Source: Bacteroidales bacterium (lineage in GTDB: Bacteria > Bacteroidota > Bacteroidia > Bacteroidales > UBA3663). From it: 64,000 nucleotides of DNA. The notes beneath the pieces were generated by a model. That model had not been told where the DNA came from, ran no database searches, and saw only the letters and a program-made list of their open reading frames with translations. Location: NCBI GenBank assembly GCA_017519885.1, contig JAFWRO010000018.1, positions 3,325 through 67,324 of the forward strand, read 5' to 3'. Positions within the stretch are counted from its first letter, which is position 1, and every line of letters begins with the position of its first letter. Positions 63,434 through 64,000 of the stretch are shown here, one piece after another. The translations under genes were made by a program, and so were the position numbers.

Positions 63434-64000
63434 TTATGGGTTATTTGGGGATATATACGACCTATTAAAAACTCTTCCTCCGACCAGCACTGAATAGAAT
63501 CGGGGGAAAAACTTCTGTAGCATCAATGCAATCACGACCAGGCATGCAATCGTGATCCAAGGGGAAACAAGGTATGCGAGCACGCAAATCCATGATGAGG
63601 GATGAACAAGCATTATCAATTTGCCCACGATAAGGAGCAAGGGCAATTGATACAGATAAATGTAAAAGGTGCCTTGGCAAATACAGTCAAGCTTCTTATG
63701 TGATGCCAGAGAGAATGTCTCGGGAACCAATTTATCATAAATTGCCCACATGCTCAAGAGTCCCAAAGCTATCATTGGAATCTCAAAATAGTTCCATACG
63801 TCATTGGGGAAAGCTATTTCGAGAAGACTTACGATCGTATAAAGCAACAATCCTATCGTTGCCCATGAACCATATTGCAACTTTGGCAAAAACCTTGCAC
63901 CAAAACAGAACCAAAAGAATGCCTTGATTGGAAGATATTTGAAGTCGAACAGCGAAACCACGAACAGCAACAGCATCAGAATCTCCCATCCGAACTTCAT
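63434..64000 (-). CDS. C-terminal part of a polytopic membrane protein (acyltransferase-3-like), 5' end truncated by the window edge
   Basis: The frame stays open to the window end and contains 5-6 TM segments. The ATG at 63998-64000 may be coincidental. Confidence 0.4.
   Translation of the reverse strand: MKFGWEILMLLLFVVSLFDFKYLPIKAFFWFCFGARFLPKLQYGSWATIGLLLYTIVSLLEIAFPNDVWNYFEIPMIALGLLSMWAIYDKLVPETFSLASHKKLDCICQGTFYIYLYQLPLLLIVGKLIMLVHPSSWICVLAYLVSPWITIACLVVIALMLQKFFPRFYSVLVGGRVFNRSYISPNNP
63438..63456. repeat. solo GGGTTATTTGGGGATATAT unit pair
   Basis: Same unit type as 62270-62314. It overlaps the last codons of the upstream ORF. Confidence 0.5.

Noticed and set aside
5104-63456. Reading the short repeat arrays as CRISPR arrays.
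   Set aside because: The units are 9-11 bp (20 bp at most), directly abutting with no spacers. The arrays are under 100 bp and no cas genes are present.
63998-64000. ATG at the very window edge as the start of the last minus-strand gene.
   Set aside because: The frame is open to the boundary, and 188 aa is short for the acyltransferase-like family it resembles. It is treated as 5' truncated.
1-64000. Search for defence systems, prophage or ICE genes, integrases, transposases, toxin-antitoxin pairs, reverse transcriptases and rRNA.
   Set aside because: None of the ORFs of 60 aa or more shows hallmark motifs of these classes. The only RNA gene I can support is tRNA-Pro.

Overview
This is a 64 kb chromosomal segment from a Bacteroidota genome, probably Prevotellaceae-like. 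That placement rests on TAnnTTTG promoter boxes, SusC/SusD pairs, a T9SS C-terminal tail and lipoprotein signals. Coding density is high and falls into four blocks. (1) 1-19.5 kb holds housekeeping and miscellaneous genes: mdh, a large secreted glycan-active protein, tsaC, an initiating sugar-phosphate transferase, a ClC channel, tRNA-Pro, tsf-rpsB, rpsI-rplM, a GH2 enzyme and an EamA transporter. (2) 19.6-33.6 kb is a complete starch-utilisation-type PUL on the minus strand (GH97, SusC, SusD, a multi-CBM SusE/F-like lipoprotein and two GH13 amylases), with a divergent DUF6377-type regulator. (3) 33.7-45.8 kb carries a HAD/PRTase/GT2 trio, fmt, secDF, envelope lipoproteins, an acyl-ACP thioesterase and an M15 peptidase. 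(4) 45.9-64 kb is a tightly packed minus-strand surface-polysaccharide locus with glycosyltransferases, acyltransferases, Wzy-like membrane proteins, embedded secreted GH28 and GH78 enzymes, and two PLC-like paralogs. I found no integrase, transposase, CRISPR array, toxin-antitoxin pair or recognisable defence genes. The most unusual signal is non-coding. A family of degenerate 9-11 bp phased repeat arrays (GGTTCGAAAG, GGATTCTAAG, GTCTAGAAA, GGTTTGAGAG and similar units) sits at at least eleven gene boundaries. Some arrays form inverted pairs around conserved cores, and two are inserted in frame inside enzymes. I cannot tie these arrays to any described element from the sequence alone, and all functional readings of them are hypotheses.
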